Of a stretch of 37,240 nt of DNA, positions 25,408-34,247 are shown piece after piece. Positions within the stretch are counted from its first letter, which is position 1. Each line of letters begins with the position of its first letter. A program made the translations under genes and the position numbers. Location: positions 1 to 37,240 of IMG/VR virus record IMGVR_UViG_2595698411_000001, one strand, 5' to 3'. The DNA is from a virus. Its lineage: Duplodnaviria; Heunggongvirae; Uroviricota; Caudoviricetes; Schitoviridae. A model generated the notes under the pieces. That model saw nothing but the letters and a program-made list of their open reading frames with translations. It was not told the DNA's origin and did not search any database.

Positions 25408-28400
25408 TTATATCAATCTTCTAAACTCAAAAGTGTAGGTAGTTGAGCTTATTGCTCCGCTAGCTGCTATCTCTAGTGCCATATTACTTGTAGGTCTTCT
25501 TGCCGTACGTAAGTAAATATTAGCGCCGTTATTAGCGTGTCCGCTGTTTTGGAGCAGTATTTCGTTGGTGCCTTCATCGTTAGTTGCACCACCATACCAA
25601 CACATAATGCCTGTGAAGGTCTCATTGTACAGGTTATCTCCGGTACTGTTAACATAAACAGACACTGCCCAAGTACCTGTAGCTAACAAGCCGCCTTCAA
25701 TTCCAGGTACTGCTTGCCAGCTTGTTCCGACAACTAGCGTCTTATCTGCTGCGTAATATTTCCCGAAGCCGCTTTTACCGCTTACTGTCAAGCTTGTGGC
25801 TGTAACTACCCTATTGGCGTCTACTACCTGCACACCGTTAACTAGTATGCTGTTATTTGCCTCAAACTGAGGGGCTATCAATCTGTCGTTACCGCCGTCT
25901 ACTTTCAGCCAGTTACTTACGTAGAGGTCATTAGCACCCTTCCACACCAGCGAATAGGTACCGGTAAATCCATCACTAGTTTTGGTTTGTATTGTGCTAT
26001 AAATACTAACGTTAGAAGACCCGTCGATAGTCACAGAGCCTGTAACATTACCTGTCAGGCTAATACTACGCGCAGTAGTCCATTTATCCGCGTTAGGGTG
26101 ATAATTGTCGGCAAACACTCTTTGGCCACCGTCTACACGCATGATACCACTGGCACTAAGCGTACTGTTTGATGCAGAAAGCCTTATGCTGTAATTATCA
26201 GTTTCATCGTTAGTGTCGTGGAAGTCTATGTATTTACCTACCTCCGCTATACCTCCGCTGTTAACCCGCACAAACCCTTTCCACCAGTTACCTGATTCAG
26301 GAACATCAATAGATGTAAGGTAGCCTACATCAGCGTGGTTGCCCCAAGAGTGCGCAGCATTCCAGTTTTCTAGGTCTGAAGTAGTTATACTTTTAACATG
26401 GCCCGGTACAGTAGGGTCACTCTCTTCAAAGCTTTGTAGATAACGGTTATCTAGGTCTACTGACAATGTGCTGTTGTCGTTACGGGTAAACGTCAAGATA
26501 CCTTGAGACGAGTTAAACGCAGCACTAACAATACGCGACAAGTTACTATCGTCTAGCAAAATAGACATGTCTACTTCAAAACTAGATGAGTCATCACGTA
26601 CAAAAGTAGCTATACCGTCGCTATCCACCGTACCGCCAGAGATACGGGCAGCGTTAGTGTCATCTAGGTACAAGGACAAGTCTATGTTAGTTCTTTGGCC
26701 TTCTTCGTTTACGTAAGTCAGCGTGTTACCAGCAATAGACAGGTTCGTGGTAGTTTCCTCTGTTAAGTACCCTACCTGGTTGTGGTCACCCCATCCGTGA
26801 GCAATATCAGCGCGAGACCCTTGAGCCGCAGTAGCGTACTCATCCGCATCTGTAACAGCCGCTGTACCTAGACCTAGGTTACCTCTCGCTGTAGGTACAT
26901 CAGAAAGATCTGACAGGTTATTCTCGTTAAGCAGCATAGTATTTAAAGCTGCGTAAGCTGTAACCCAAGCACCGTTCTTGCGGATCTTTAACTCGTCATC
27001 TTCACTATTAAAGTAAAGTGCCCCTTCTAATACTGGAGAACCGCTACTGTCGTGAGTAGGGCCAGCAGCAAAGGTACCTAGGTAGCGCTTATCAAAATCA
27101 TCAAACAGGCTAGCTGTTTTGTTTTCCGATACCAAGGCTTCTGCTGCGCTGGTAGCAGCCTCTGACGCTTTAGTAGTTGCTGTATTGGCGTTATCTGAAG
27201 CGTTTTGTACGGCTACAATGTTATCGGATACGTCCTGTACATGATCGATGTTGTCTGCCGTAGTCTTTACCGCATCCACATTTGAGTAGACCGTGTTAAC
27301 CTCGTCAATGTAAGATGCAACAGTGTTTATGCTGAAAATGTCAGTACCAGCAGCTACAACATCATCGATATTAAACGCTACAGTGTTTACGTTAGTTATG
27401 TTACCTGCGGTTGTATTTACATTGCCTATGCTGTTAGCAGTAGTGTTGATGTTGATCAGGTTAGCAGCCGTAGTTGCAACGTTATCTATATCTAGTGCTA
27501 CAGCGGTGACAGCTAGATTTGAATCGGCCACAGTTACAACATGCCCTAAGACTTCGTCTACTCGTACGATTTCGTCTTTAATGCTGGATACTGCACCTAC
27601 CTCTTCGCTGACGCTAGCAACAGTATTTACGTCAGACATATTAAAGCTAACGTTGTTTACATCGCCCATGTTAGCGTCGATATTTCTAGTAACCGACTCT
27701 GCAGAGTTTAAATCGTTACCTACTGCAGTAACCACGTTGTTGCTGTCTGCAACAATGTTTACGTTGTTGATGTTAGAAGACACTGTCGTAACGTCAGGCA
27801 TATTAGTAGCCACTTCATTTACGTTAACAATGTAAGTGCCGATAGTGTCTACGTTTAGGATACTGTCTGCTACGGTGTTCACGTTGGCTATATCAGCACC
27901 GACAGTGTTCACGTTATCAATGCTGTTAGCGACTACCTCGATTTCAGACGTAGTTTCACTAAGATCGTTAGCAACAACCTCGATTTCACTAATACTTTCT
28001 TTAAGGTCTTCGGCAACTTTAACTACGCTGTCAATATCAGCGGCTACGATATTTACGCTGTTAATGTTTTGAGCAACAGTGTCTACTTCATCGATGCTGC
28101 CGTACACAGAGTCTAATTTATTGGCGCTTTGGGCCACTCTGTCCATGTTGTCCGCAGAGTCTGCCACCCGGTCTACATTTGCGACTGATGTATGTAAGCG
28201 GTCTAGTTTTAATATCGATTGATGAATACGGTCCAAACCTATAATAGACTCATCAAGACGGTCTAGGTTTGTGATACTCATATGCACGCGGTCAATATTA
28301 TTTGCTGACGTATGCAAGCGGTCCATCTTGTCTACAGACTCGTGCAATCGATCAAGGTTATCGATAGAGGTAAAGACTCGATCTAGGTTATCTGCACTAT

Positions 28401-29118
28401 CAAATACGCGGTCTAGTTCAAGGATAGACGTATAAACACGGTCAAGACGGCCGGCACTTACGCTAACGCGATCAACCTTATCTGCTATGACGCCCACAGC
28501 GTCCACATTATCGATTGAAGCGTGTATACGATCTAATAGGTTAATAGACAGATAAACGCGGTCTACGTTGTCTATGGAAGCTGCTACGCGATTCACATCA
28601 CTGATGCTGTCACTTACCGTAGTAACAAACCCAAGATTAGTGGCTACTGTATTAACATCAGCAATATTCACACTCACGGTGTTTACGTTGTCGATGTTTA
28701 GGCCTACGTTTTCGATTTCGGACTCTGGTTCCATTAAATCGTCAGCGACTATCTTAACTAGTGACATATTGCCTAGCATTAAATCGTCGCCGATAGCGCT
28801 TACCCGTGCAATGTTGTCTGCAGTGGTGTTAACGTTATCAATATCAATAGCGACGGTATTGACGTTGGCAATGTCATTAGCGGTGGTTACGATCTCAGTC
28901 GCATAATCACCTACAGCGTCGATGCCTTGTAGTGAATTACTGACGGCAACGACGGAGTCTCGAATTGAATGTACGCTTTGTACGCTTTCCAGATTAGTGA
29001 ATACAGTGCCGATCTTGTTGAGGTTTTCTGCTACCTCTTTTACAACATCGTATTCACTCCCGATTTCACGGTTTATACTTACCGGCGTCTGGCTTAAGCT
29101 GCTAGCTCTGCGACCCAT
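25408..29118 (-). CDS. Virion-proximal tail fibre/appendage (N4 gp66 position) with a long 10-residue-periodic shaft
   Basis: 1,236 aa. N-terminal INREIGSEYDVVKEVAENL resembles the attachment motif of N4-like fibres. About 600 aa of decad repeats. Fibre motifs NADKWTTARSISLTG and EVGKYIDFH. Two AH(G/S)WG(D/N)H..VGYLT repeats. Confidence 0.8.
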   Translation of the reverse strand: MGRRASSLSQTPVSINREIGSEYDVVKEVAENLNKIGTVFTNLESVQSVHSIRDSVVAVSNSLQGIDAVGDYATEIVTTANDIANVNTVAIDIDNVNTTADNIARVSAIGDDLMLGNMSLVKIVADDLMEPESEIENVGLNIDNVNTVSVNIADVNTVATNLGFVTTVSDSISDVNRVAASIDNVDRVYLSINLLDRIHASIDNVDAVGVIADKVDRVSVSAGRLDRVYTSILELDRVFDSADNLDRVFTSIDNLDRLHESVDKMDRLHTSANNIDRVHMSITNLDRLDESIIGLDRIHQSILKLDRLHTSVANVDRVADSADNMDRVAQSANKLDSVYGSIDEVDTVAQNINSVNIVAADIDSVVKVAEDLKESISEIEVVANDLSETTSEIEVVANSIDNVNTVGADIANVNTVADSILNVDTIGTYIVNVNEVATNMPDVTTVSSNINNVNIVADSNNVVTAVGNDLNSAESVTRNIDANMGDVNNVSFNMSDVNTVASVSEEVGAVSSIKDEIVRVDEVLGHVVTVADSNLAVTAVALDIDNVATTAANLININTTANSIGNVNTTAGNITNVNTVAFNIDDVVAAGTDIFSINTVASYIDEVNTVYSNVDAVKTTADNIDHVQDVSDNIVAVQNASDNANTATTKASEAATSAAEALVSENKTASLFDDFDKRYLGTFAAGPTHDSSGSPVLEGALYFNSEDDELKIRKNGAWVTAYAALNTMLLNENNLSDLSDVPTARGNLGLGTAAVTDADEYATAAQGSRADIAHGWGDHNQVGYLTEETTTNLSIAGNTLTYVNEEGQRTNIDLSLYLDDTNAARISGGTVDSDGIATFVRDDSSSFEVDMSILLDDSNLSRIVSAAFNSSQGILTFTRNDNSTLSVDLDNRYLQSFEESDPTVPGHVKSITTSDLENWNAAHSWGNHADVGYLTSIDVPESGNWWKGFVRVNSGGIAEVGKYIDFHDTNDETDNYSIRLSASNSTLSASGIMRVDGGQRVFADNYHPNADKWTTARSISLTGNVTGSVTIDGSSNVSIYSTIQTKTSDGFTGTYSLVWKGANDLYVSNWLKVDGGNDRLIAPQFEANNSILVNGVQVVDANRVVTATSLTVSGKSGFGKYYAADKTLVVGTSWQAVPGIEGGLLATGTWAVSVYVNSTGDNLYNETFTGIMCWYGGATNDEGTNEILLQNSGHANNGANIYLRTARRPTSNMALEIAASGAISSTTYTFEFRRLI
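28129..28578 (-). repeat. Fifteen consecutive 10-aa repeats, consensus S-I-x-x-L-D-R-(V/L/I)-x-x
   Basis: SIDNVDRVYL through SADNMDRVAQ. DR at positions 6-7 in 14 of 15 repeats, His at position 9 in six. Confidence 0.9.
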
Positions 29119-29735
29119 TAAACAAATCCTCTGTCAGCTAAACGGTCAATCATACGGTAAGTATCAGTAGAAGGGGCTACACCAAGCTCTTTTGCTTTCG
29201 CTACGCTACGCTCAAAACGAGAGTAGTGCGCGTTGTTAGCTGCTTGTCCGTCTGTTCTGATACCTAGGTACGCTCGATACCCAATGTAATGAAGAAGGCA
29301 GTCAATAAGAGCATCTGGGAGATCTAACTCTGCTTCTAAGTTTGTCTCAGAGTACTTTTCAGGTTTTGCCACGTAGATAATAGAGATAAAGCCCCCTGTC
29401 ACCCCTGCTGGGATCTGGACTTCTCTATGGTTTGGAAAGAAGATACTAAGAGGCTCGTCTTCGTCATTGATAGGCACTTCTTCATCGCGTTTGATGGAGC
29501 CTATCTCAACCTCTTTATGAGCACTGTAAGGATACATAAAATCGTCAGGCAGCGCATAAAGCGTCTGCCCTTCGACTAGAGGTACAATATGCTCTTCCAT
29601 TTTTAAGGTAAAGCGCTTGTAGATCTCTATCATGCCCATATTAATAAAGGCGACTAGTGCAGTGTCATTGTCTTTTATGTTTACACCGCTAAGCTCACCA
29701 AAGCGAGCCAAATTAATCACGTCTTGGATCGTCAC
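29118..29735 (-). CDS. Head-to-tail adaptor, N4 gp67-like
   Basis: 205 aa, GTG start after TAAGGAG. ARFGELS...FINMGMIEIYKRFTLK and LDLPDALIDCLLHYIGYRAY match the recalled gp67 family. Follows TerL. Confidence 0.75.
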   Translation of the reverse strand: MTIQDVINLARFGELSGVNIKDNDTALVAFINMGMIEIYKRFTLKMEEHIVPLVEGQTLYALPDDFMYPYSAHKEVEIGSIKRDEEVPINDEDEPLSIFFPNHREVQIPAGVTGGFISIIYVAKPEKYSETNLEAELDLPDALIDCLLHYIGYRAYLGIRTDGQAANNAHYSRFERSVAKAKELGVAPSTDTYRMIDRLADRGFV

Positions 29736-29774
29736 TAGCCGCTCCTTAGATACAAAAATGCTATTTAAAGCTTA

Positions 29775-29783
29775 ATTGTATCA
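29775..29783 (-). promoter_or_regulatory. Extended -10 promoter candidate for the adaptor/fibre genes
   Basis: Minus strand TG-A-TACAAT in the gap after TerL; the -35 is weak. Confidence 0.4.
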
Positions 29784-29792
29784 CAGGGCCCT

Positions 29793-31355
29793 TTAAAATA
29801 CAGTACTATTGGTATGCAGGTCCTCGTCGTCATCGTCCCAAATCGACTCCCAAATAAGCCCGTCACCGGTCACTTCTGTATGGGTACGTTCTGCCTCTGT
29901 AGAAGGCAAGAATATGTCCATTTCCGAGAACTGGTTAAGCAGGTCAATAGCATCATCATGGGCCAATGCCTTAACACCACCAGCTAGGGTAAGTCGACTG
30001 AGCTCATGCTGCATTTCGATCACTAGTTCATACAAACGCGGCGACATTTCCTTAGCTATTTCAGGCTTAGGCAACCATACTTTGTTTTGCTTGAACTTGG
30101 GCTGTACTCCCTTAACAAAGCGCTCAACTTTGTCTTTAACGGGTCTTATCCCTACGTCTTTGCTTCCTGGCTTCTTGGCAAAATTGAACCATATGTTCCG
30201 TTTCATCATCATTTCTTGCATGATAGATATAAAGCCGCCTTGCTGCCCGGAGCTTTCTATTCCTACGCTTAGTGGTTGCCATTTCTTTACGTACCTAAAC
30301 ACATCATCAATATTATCCTGCATAGATTGGCGCTTACATTGCCCATCTACAAGTAACCAGTCGCTGTTGCTGGACAAGGCGATTACACCGATAGTAGAGA
30401 AGTCGGCTGATTGTTTGGTACTAGTTGCAAAGTCGGTCACAATGTAGAAATTGTAAGCCTCTTTGTTTTTAATAACCAAAGAAGGGTCGTAATACTGGAT
30501 ATCCTCTTCTTCGACAAGCAGAGTTGTTAAATCGGTAATTTCAAGCATAAACTCCTGATAGAAGTCTTGAGCTTTACCGGCTTCTTTGTACATCTCGTAC
30601 TTTTCTTCTACTGCCTCATAAGGGAAACGGTCAGGCCAATTACCTACAAACTCTTCTTTGGTGCACGGGAACTTTTCAGCGATAGGGAACTTGTGCACTA
30701 CCCACTTAGAGTTGCTACTAAGCTGGTGGATGATATCGCGTTCTGATATCGGCGTACCGATGAAGAATATGCGGTATCTGGTAGGGTGAAGAGCAGGGAT
30801 AATCGACTTATAGAAGTTATCGTTAATAGTGTTCTGGATAGTTTCAGAGTTGATAGCATCGTTGGTTGTGATGTCATCAAGTACAATCATATCAGGACGA
30901 GCGCCTTTATAACGAACACCACGAATGTTAGTACTAGCACCGTAGCCTTTGATATTAAGCTCTACACCGTCAGCGTTCTCTAGTTCCATCTCAGAGTCTG
31001 TTTTACGTTTGATAGTAATCAGGCTTTTCAGCAGCTCGGATCTATCAATCTTACCGGCAACGTTACGGAAAAAGTTTTTGGTACCGTTTTCCATACTGTC
31101 GCCGACAAAAGCGATAAATTCTACTCTACCGAAGTTGTGGAGTGTCCCCATAGCGGCTATATAAATAACAAACCACTCGAATATAGTCGATTTCGCGCTA
31201 CCACGAAAAGCTTCAACAAGTACTTGCTTGTCTTCACCAAAAAATTTGTCTGCAAGCCGATAATGGATTTCAGCGTTAGCGTTTGTTTCTACGTTGGCGG
31301 CACGAATAAACGCAATAAACTTAACCGCCTCCGCACTAGGTATATACTCACTCAT
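29793..31355 (-). CDS. terL: Terminase large subunit, N4 gp68-like
   Basis: 520 aa. Walker A RGSAKST, Walker B MIVLDD, motif III IGTP, nuclease acidic motifs VTDFATS/SADFS and HDDAID, and WPDRF. Confidence 0.95.
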   Translation of the reverse strand: MSEYIPSAEAVKFIAFIRAANVETNANAEIHYRLADKFFGEDKQVLVEAFRGSAKSTIFEWFVIYIAAMGTLHNFGRVEFIAFVGDSMENGTKNFFRNVAGKIDRSELLKSLITIKRKTDSEMELENADGVELNIKGYGASTNIRGVRYKGARPDMIVLDDITTNDAINSETIQNTINDNFYKSIIPALHPTRYRIFFIGTPISERDIIHQLSSNSKWVVHKFPIAEKFPCTKEEFVGNWPDRFPYEAVEEKYEMYKEAGKAQDFYQEFMLEITDLTTLLVEEEDIQYYDPSLVIKNKEAYNFYIVTDFATSTKQSADFSTIGVIALSSNSDWLLVDGQCKRQSMQDNIDDVFRYVKKWQPLSVGIESSGQQGGFISIMQEMMMKRNIWFNFAKKPGSKDVGIRPVKDKVERFVKGVQPKFKQNKVWLPKPEIAKEMSPRLYELVIEMQHELSRLTLAGGVKALAHDDAIDLLNQFSEMDIFLPSTEAERTHTEVTGDGLIWESIWDDDDEDLHTNSTVF

Positions 31356-32073
31356 CGCTGCTGTACTCTCCGTCTATTATGTCAGAGTCTTTTACTTTCA
31401 TGCCGCCAAGCTCATTAAGGTCTGTTGATCCTGCTTGTAAGTGTTTCAAAGAGCGGCCTGCGATCTCCGCTAGCTGATCATTAAGCTGCGCTACAGCACT
31501 AGACTCTTTAACACCTAGGTCAAGCTCGACTTTCATATTGTCAGGGCCCTTAGTAGCTGCTAGAAGCTCTTTAGCTGCGTTAATTTTGTCACGGTCATAT
31601 TTACCTTTTTGCATGATATTAGCAAGAACACCGATAGCCTTGTAACGCTCTCCCGTAAACAACAAATCAAGAGGCATTTGGCTAGCTGTAAGTATATCGC
31701 TTACAAGCTTAGTGCGACGATAACGAGACGCGGCGCTAGTTAGTTCACCGTACTTGGGGTCGTCGTGGTCTAGGTTTACCCGGTTTTTCACAAAGTCACG
31801 CTCAGCAAACACTTTCGAGTAAGCTTTCGTGTAACTAGACCCGTTAGTCATCATGTAAGCACAAAAACGGATAGCGTTGAGGTATTCGGTTACCGATGCT
31901 CGGGTGCCCTTAAGGACTGCTTCATAAACAGACGCGGTCTGTAGCAGACTTTCTCCCTGAAATTCGGGGTCGGTACGGCTGGCATTGATAATATCAACCG
32001 CTTCTTGGGTAATGACGTTCTTTTTGGAAGGCATAGCCTTCTTCATATCGTCTAGGGTGATGAGTTGAGTCAT
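31348..32073 (-). CDS. N4 gp69-like protein (terminase small subunit candidate)
   Basis: 241 aa. ITLDDMKKAMP and ASVTEYLNAIRFCAY...YSKVF resemble gp69. Overlaps the TerL start. Confidence 0.65.
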   Translation of the reverse strand: MTQLITLDDMKKAMPSKKNVITQEAVDIINASRTDPEFQGESLLQTASVYEAVLKGTRASVTEYLNAIRFCAYMMTNGSSYTKAYSKVFAERDFVKNRVNLDHDDPKYGELTSAASRYRRTKLVSDILTASQMPLDLLFTGERYKAIGVLANIMQKGKYDRDKINAAKELLAATKGPDNMKVELDLGVKESSAVAQLNDQLAEIAGRSLKHLQAGSTDLNELGGMKVKDSDIIDGEYSSDE

Positions 32074-32095
32074 GTGGTTCTCTTGTATGTAAGTT

Positions 32096-32124
32096 AGTGT
32101 ACGTTTTGCCGGAAACTACCACAA
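32096..32124 (-). promoter_or_regulatory. sigma70-like promoter for the terminase genes
   Basis: Minus strand TTGTGG-N17-TACACT; the -35 abuts the terminator U-tract. Confidence 0.5.
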
Positions 32125-32148
32125 AAAAAGCCCCATGTACAGGGGCTT
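32123..32148 (-). terminator. Intrinsic terminator
   Basis: Minus strand AAGCCCC-TGTACAT-GGGGCTT-TTTTT. Confidence 0.85.
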
Positions 32149-32198
32149 AAGAAACGGCTAAAGGTAAATTTCAATTAATAATAACAACAAGAGCAGCA

Positions 32199-32408
32199 CT
32201 AAATGCTAAACAAACCATACTCCTTGGCTTCTTCAGAGTCAACAAGCTGTTTAAGTTTTTTTCGGGCCCTGCTTTTTCGCATTTCCTGCCCTCTAGTTAC
32301 GTTAGGGTGGACATCCCACGGCAAATACTCGTCGTAGGCCCTAATTATGCCGCATAGGCGCTCATATTCCTCTAAAACCGTTCGAGCTTTGCTTGTATCA
32401 ACCTTCAC
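32199..32408 (-). CDS. Hypothetical protein
   Basis: 69 aa, overlaps the end of the upstream gene in a tightly packed run. Confidence 0.6.
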   Translation of the reverse strand: MKVDTSKARTVLEEYERLCGIIRAYDEYLPWDVHPNVTRGQEMRKSRARKKLKQLVDSEEAKEYGLFSI

Positions 32409-32787
32409 AGCCTATTTTTCCTTCTAAAAGGTCTTCATAAACCTGCACAACCTCGTCCAGGGGCACTTCAAAGAACTCTGTAGACCCACTAAACTTTTTA
32501 GCTGTCGTATATCGGCGTTTTTCAAAGTATTTATGGAGAAAACGCTCTTTTTCAAAGACTTTTTCTGTTTTTCTAAAGCGTTTTGGGCGGCAATAAGGAA
32601 ATTCGCGGTATTTTTTAAAGATACTGACCAATATTTCAGATACACGTATCTCAATATCGTCTCGTGAGGTGACACCGATCTTCACTAGCTCTTTATCTTC
32701 CATCCGAAAGAACAAAATGTACAAAATTCCGTCTTCAGGTAAAGGTTTTTCGGTGTTTTTGCTGTTTACCCTTAACTTAATCATCAA
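32398..32787 (-). CDS. GIY-YIG superfamily protein, T5orf172/MUG113-like
   Basis: 129 aa. ILYILFF...LVKIGVTS...E.FLHKYF...GSTEFF is the T5orf172 pattern. Confidence 0.75.
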   Translation of the reverse strand: MMIKLRVNSKNTEKPLPEDGILYILFFRMEDKELVKIGVTSRDDIEIRVSEILVSIFKKYREFPYCRPKRFRKTEKVFEKERFLHKYFEKRRYTTAKKFSGSTEFFEVPLDEVVQVYEDLLEGKIGCEG

Positions 32788-32959
32788 AATCCAAAGGAAG
32801 ATAAGTATCTTCTAGTTCAAGTGGCCTGTGCCTTGTCTCGGAGTGAATAATGTCGTTTAACTCGTCGTTACTAAGGCTGTCTATATCGTGATCATAAGGG
32901 TTGTCTGTCATACACATTACTGCAAGTGTCTGTAACTTAAGGTAACTTGAGTATACCAA
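32777..32959 (-). CDS. Small acidic hypothetical protein (start uncertain)
   Basis: Up to 60 aa. D/E-rich C-terminal half. Overlaps the next gene. Confidence 0.45.
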   Translation of the reverse strand: MVYSSYLKLQTLAVMCMTDNPYDHDIDSLSNDELNDIIHSETRHRPLELEDTYLPLDFDD

Positions 32960-32969
32960 ACCCTTAAAA

Positions 32970-33176
32970 TCATAGAAAGTATTCAGGATGCCTCTCTACG
33001 TCCTCTTTTCGGTGCTTTCTTTGGCAGTTAATATGAAAAGCAGGACGGTTTTCTAATATAGCGAGAGCAGTTTCTACGCCGTTGTACATACCAGTCTTTT
33101 CAGGGGATAGTGTATCGCCTTCAGTGGCCAGTATATCGGCTTTGTACATCTTTAATGCTCTGATCTGTGCTTCCAT
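32970..33176 (-). CDS. Hypothetical phage protein
   Basis: 68 aa. GMYNGVETALAILENRP is a motif recalled from small phage proteins. Confidence 0.6.
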   Translation of the reverse strand: MEAQIRALKMYKADILATEGDTLSPEKTGMYNGVETALAILENRPAFHINCQRKHRKEDVERHPEYFL

Positions 33177-33919
33177 TTTACCAACCCCGCGATTTTCTTA
33201 CCTACAGGACTGTCAGGATGAAGGTTAACACCCGACTCTTTACCCAGATTGTACAAATCCCAATACTCTGCCTCTGCAGCAGCGTTGTTAAAGTAACTCT
33301 CTAGGTCTGTTTCGTAGTCTTCTCTGCTTGCCGGCTCAGGAACAACCTCTACCACTGTATTTTCCATTTTTTGATTACCCTTAAGTACACGCCATACACC
33401 GTTAATAGTTCCGTAATCTTCTATTTTGTCGAACTCTTTGTTGTGAAGACGTATCTGGTTCTGGCGCAGTATAGCGGTCAGATACTTGCCGTTCTGCTTC
33501 TCAATAAAGCTCAGTTTACGTACATAGTTGATGTTCAAACGGCTGAACTTGGTAGGCATGTCTTTATTACGAATACCTTTAGCCTTGCACATAAGATAAG
33601 CCTCTACCTTCGCAGCATCAGTATTGGTAGCCTTACTAAGCGAATTGCTGATCACAATATCAAGAGCTTCTTCATCATCGATATCACCTAGTTCGTCATA
33701 GGCAATAGGCACTTCTAGTTCTACACAAGCACGCAGCCTGTGACGCCCATCCAGTACTTTCCCGTTACGCAGCAGTATAGGCACTAGTTGACCGTTCTTC
33801 TCGATATCACCTTTCAACTCGTTAAAACCGTCCTGGGTGTACGTCATAGTCAGGAGGGCAAAGGGATCTAGGGGCAGTGCCCTTGCTTCGTCCGGCGTCA
33901 TATCTCGCACCTTACTCAC
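33152..33919 (-). CDS. ParB/Srx N-terminal (CTP-binding-type) domain protein with a possible central HTH
   Basis: GTG at 33919 after GGAGG (255 aa). ELKGDIEKNGQLVPILL (box I) and DGRHRLRA (GxxR arginine patch). The box III equivalent is diverged (ISNSLSKA). Confidence 0.8.
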   Translation of the reverse strand: MSKVRDMTPDEARALPLDPFALLTMTYTQDGFNELKGDIEKNGQLVPILLRNGKVLDGRHRLRACVELEVPIAYDELGDIDDEEALDIVISNSLSKATNTDAAKVEAYLMCKAKGIRNKDMPTKFSRLNINYVRKLSFIEKQNGKYLTAILRQNQIRLHNKEFDKIEDYGTINGVWRVLKGNQKMENTVVEVVPEPASREDYETDLESYFNNAAAEAEYWDLYNLGKESGVNLHPDSPVGKKIAGLVKWKHRSEH

Positions 33920-34247
33920 CGAAGCGCCCTCCCTCATATTCCTCAACAGAATTAGCTAAGAACTCTAGGTTATAACAAACCTTCCCGCCATTAACCACAT
34001 AACTACCATCAGTAAAGTAAACTAGACCCGCCTTAATATCAGCAATAATCAACGGCCCATCCTTCTTAGTCCCTACAACAGTACCAACAGGAAGGTAACC
34101 ATCACGGGTAACAGCACGGCACTCTTTCAACTTAGCATCAGCCAATTCCTTAATAACACGCTGATACGAAGACGCTTCCATCGCCTCTTTCAGCACGCGC
34201 AACTGCTCCACTAGTTCATCACTTGCCCTTATCATCGTCGTCTTCAT
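33912..34247 (-). CDS. Ribbon-helix-helix-like DNA-binding protein with a C-terminal beta domain
   Basis: ATG at 34247 after AGAGG (111 aa). MKTTMIRASDELVEQLRVLKEAMEASSYQRVIKELAD fits the RHH strand-helix-helix pattern. The first 23 codons of the track ORF are repeat DNA. Confidence 0.6.
   Translation of the reverse strand: MKTTMIRASDELVEQLRVLKEAMEASSYQRVIKELADAKLKECRAVTRDGYLPVGTVVGTKKDGPLIIADIKAGLVYFTDGSYVVNGGKVCYNLEFLANSVEEYEGGRFGE

Noticed and set aside
5296-29118. Diversity-generating retroelement or invertible (shufflon) fibre switching
   Set aside because: No reverse transcriptase or invertase, no near-identical TR/VR pair differing at adenines, and no inverted alternative fibre ends were seen. 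The fibre duplications are old and diverged.
1974-31418. Many + strand ORFs of 60-212 aa (e.g. 1974..2498, 15001..15351, 27323..27835, 28568..28906, 29809..30447)
   Set aside because: They lie wholly antisense to well-supported structural genes, and their composition mirrors the sense codon bias or repeats.
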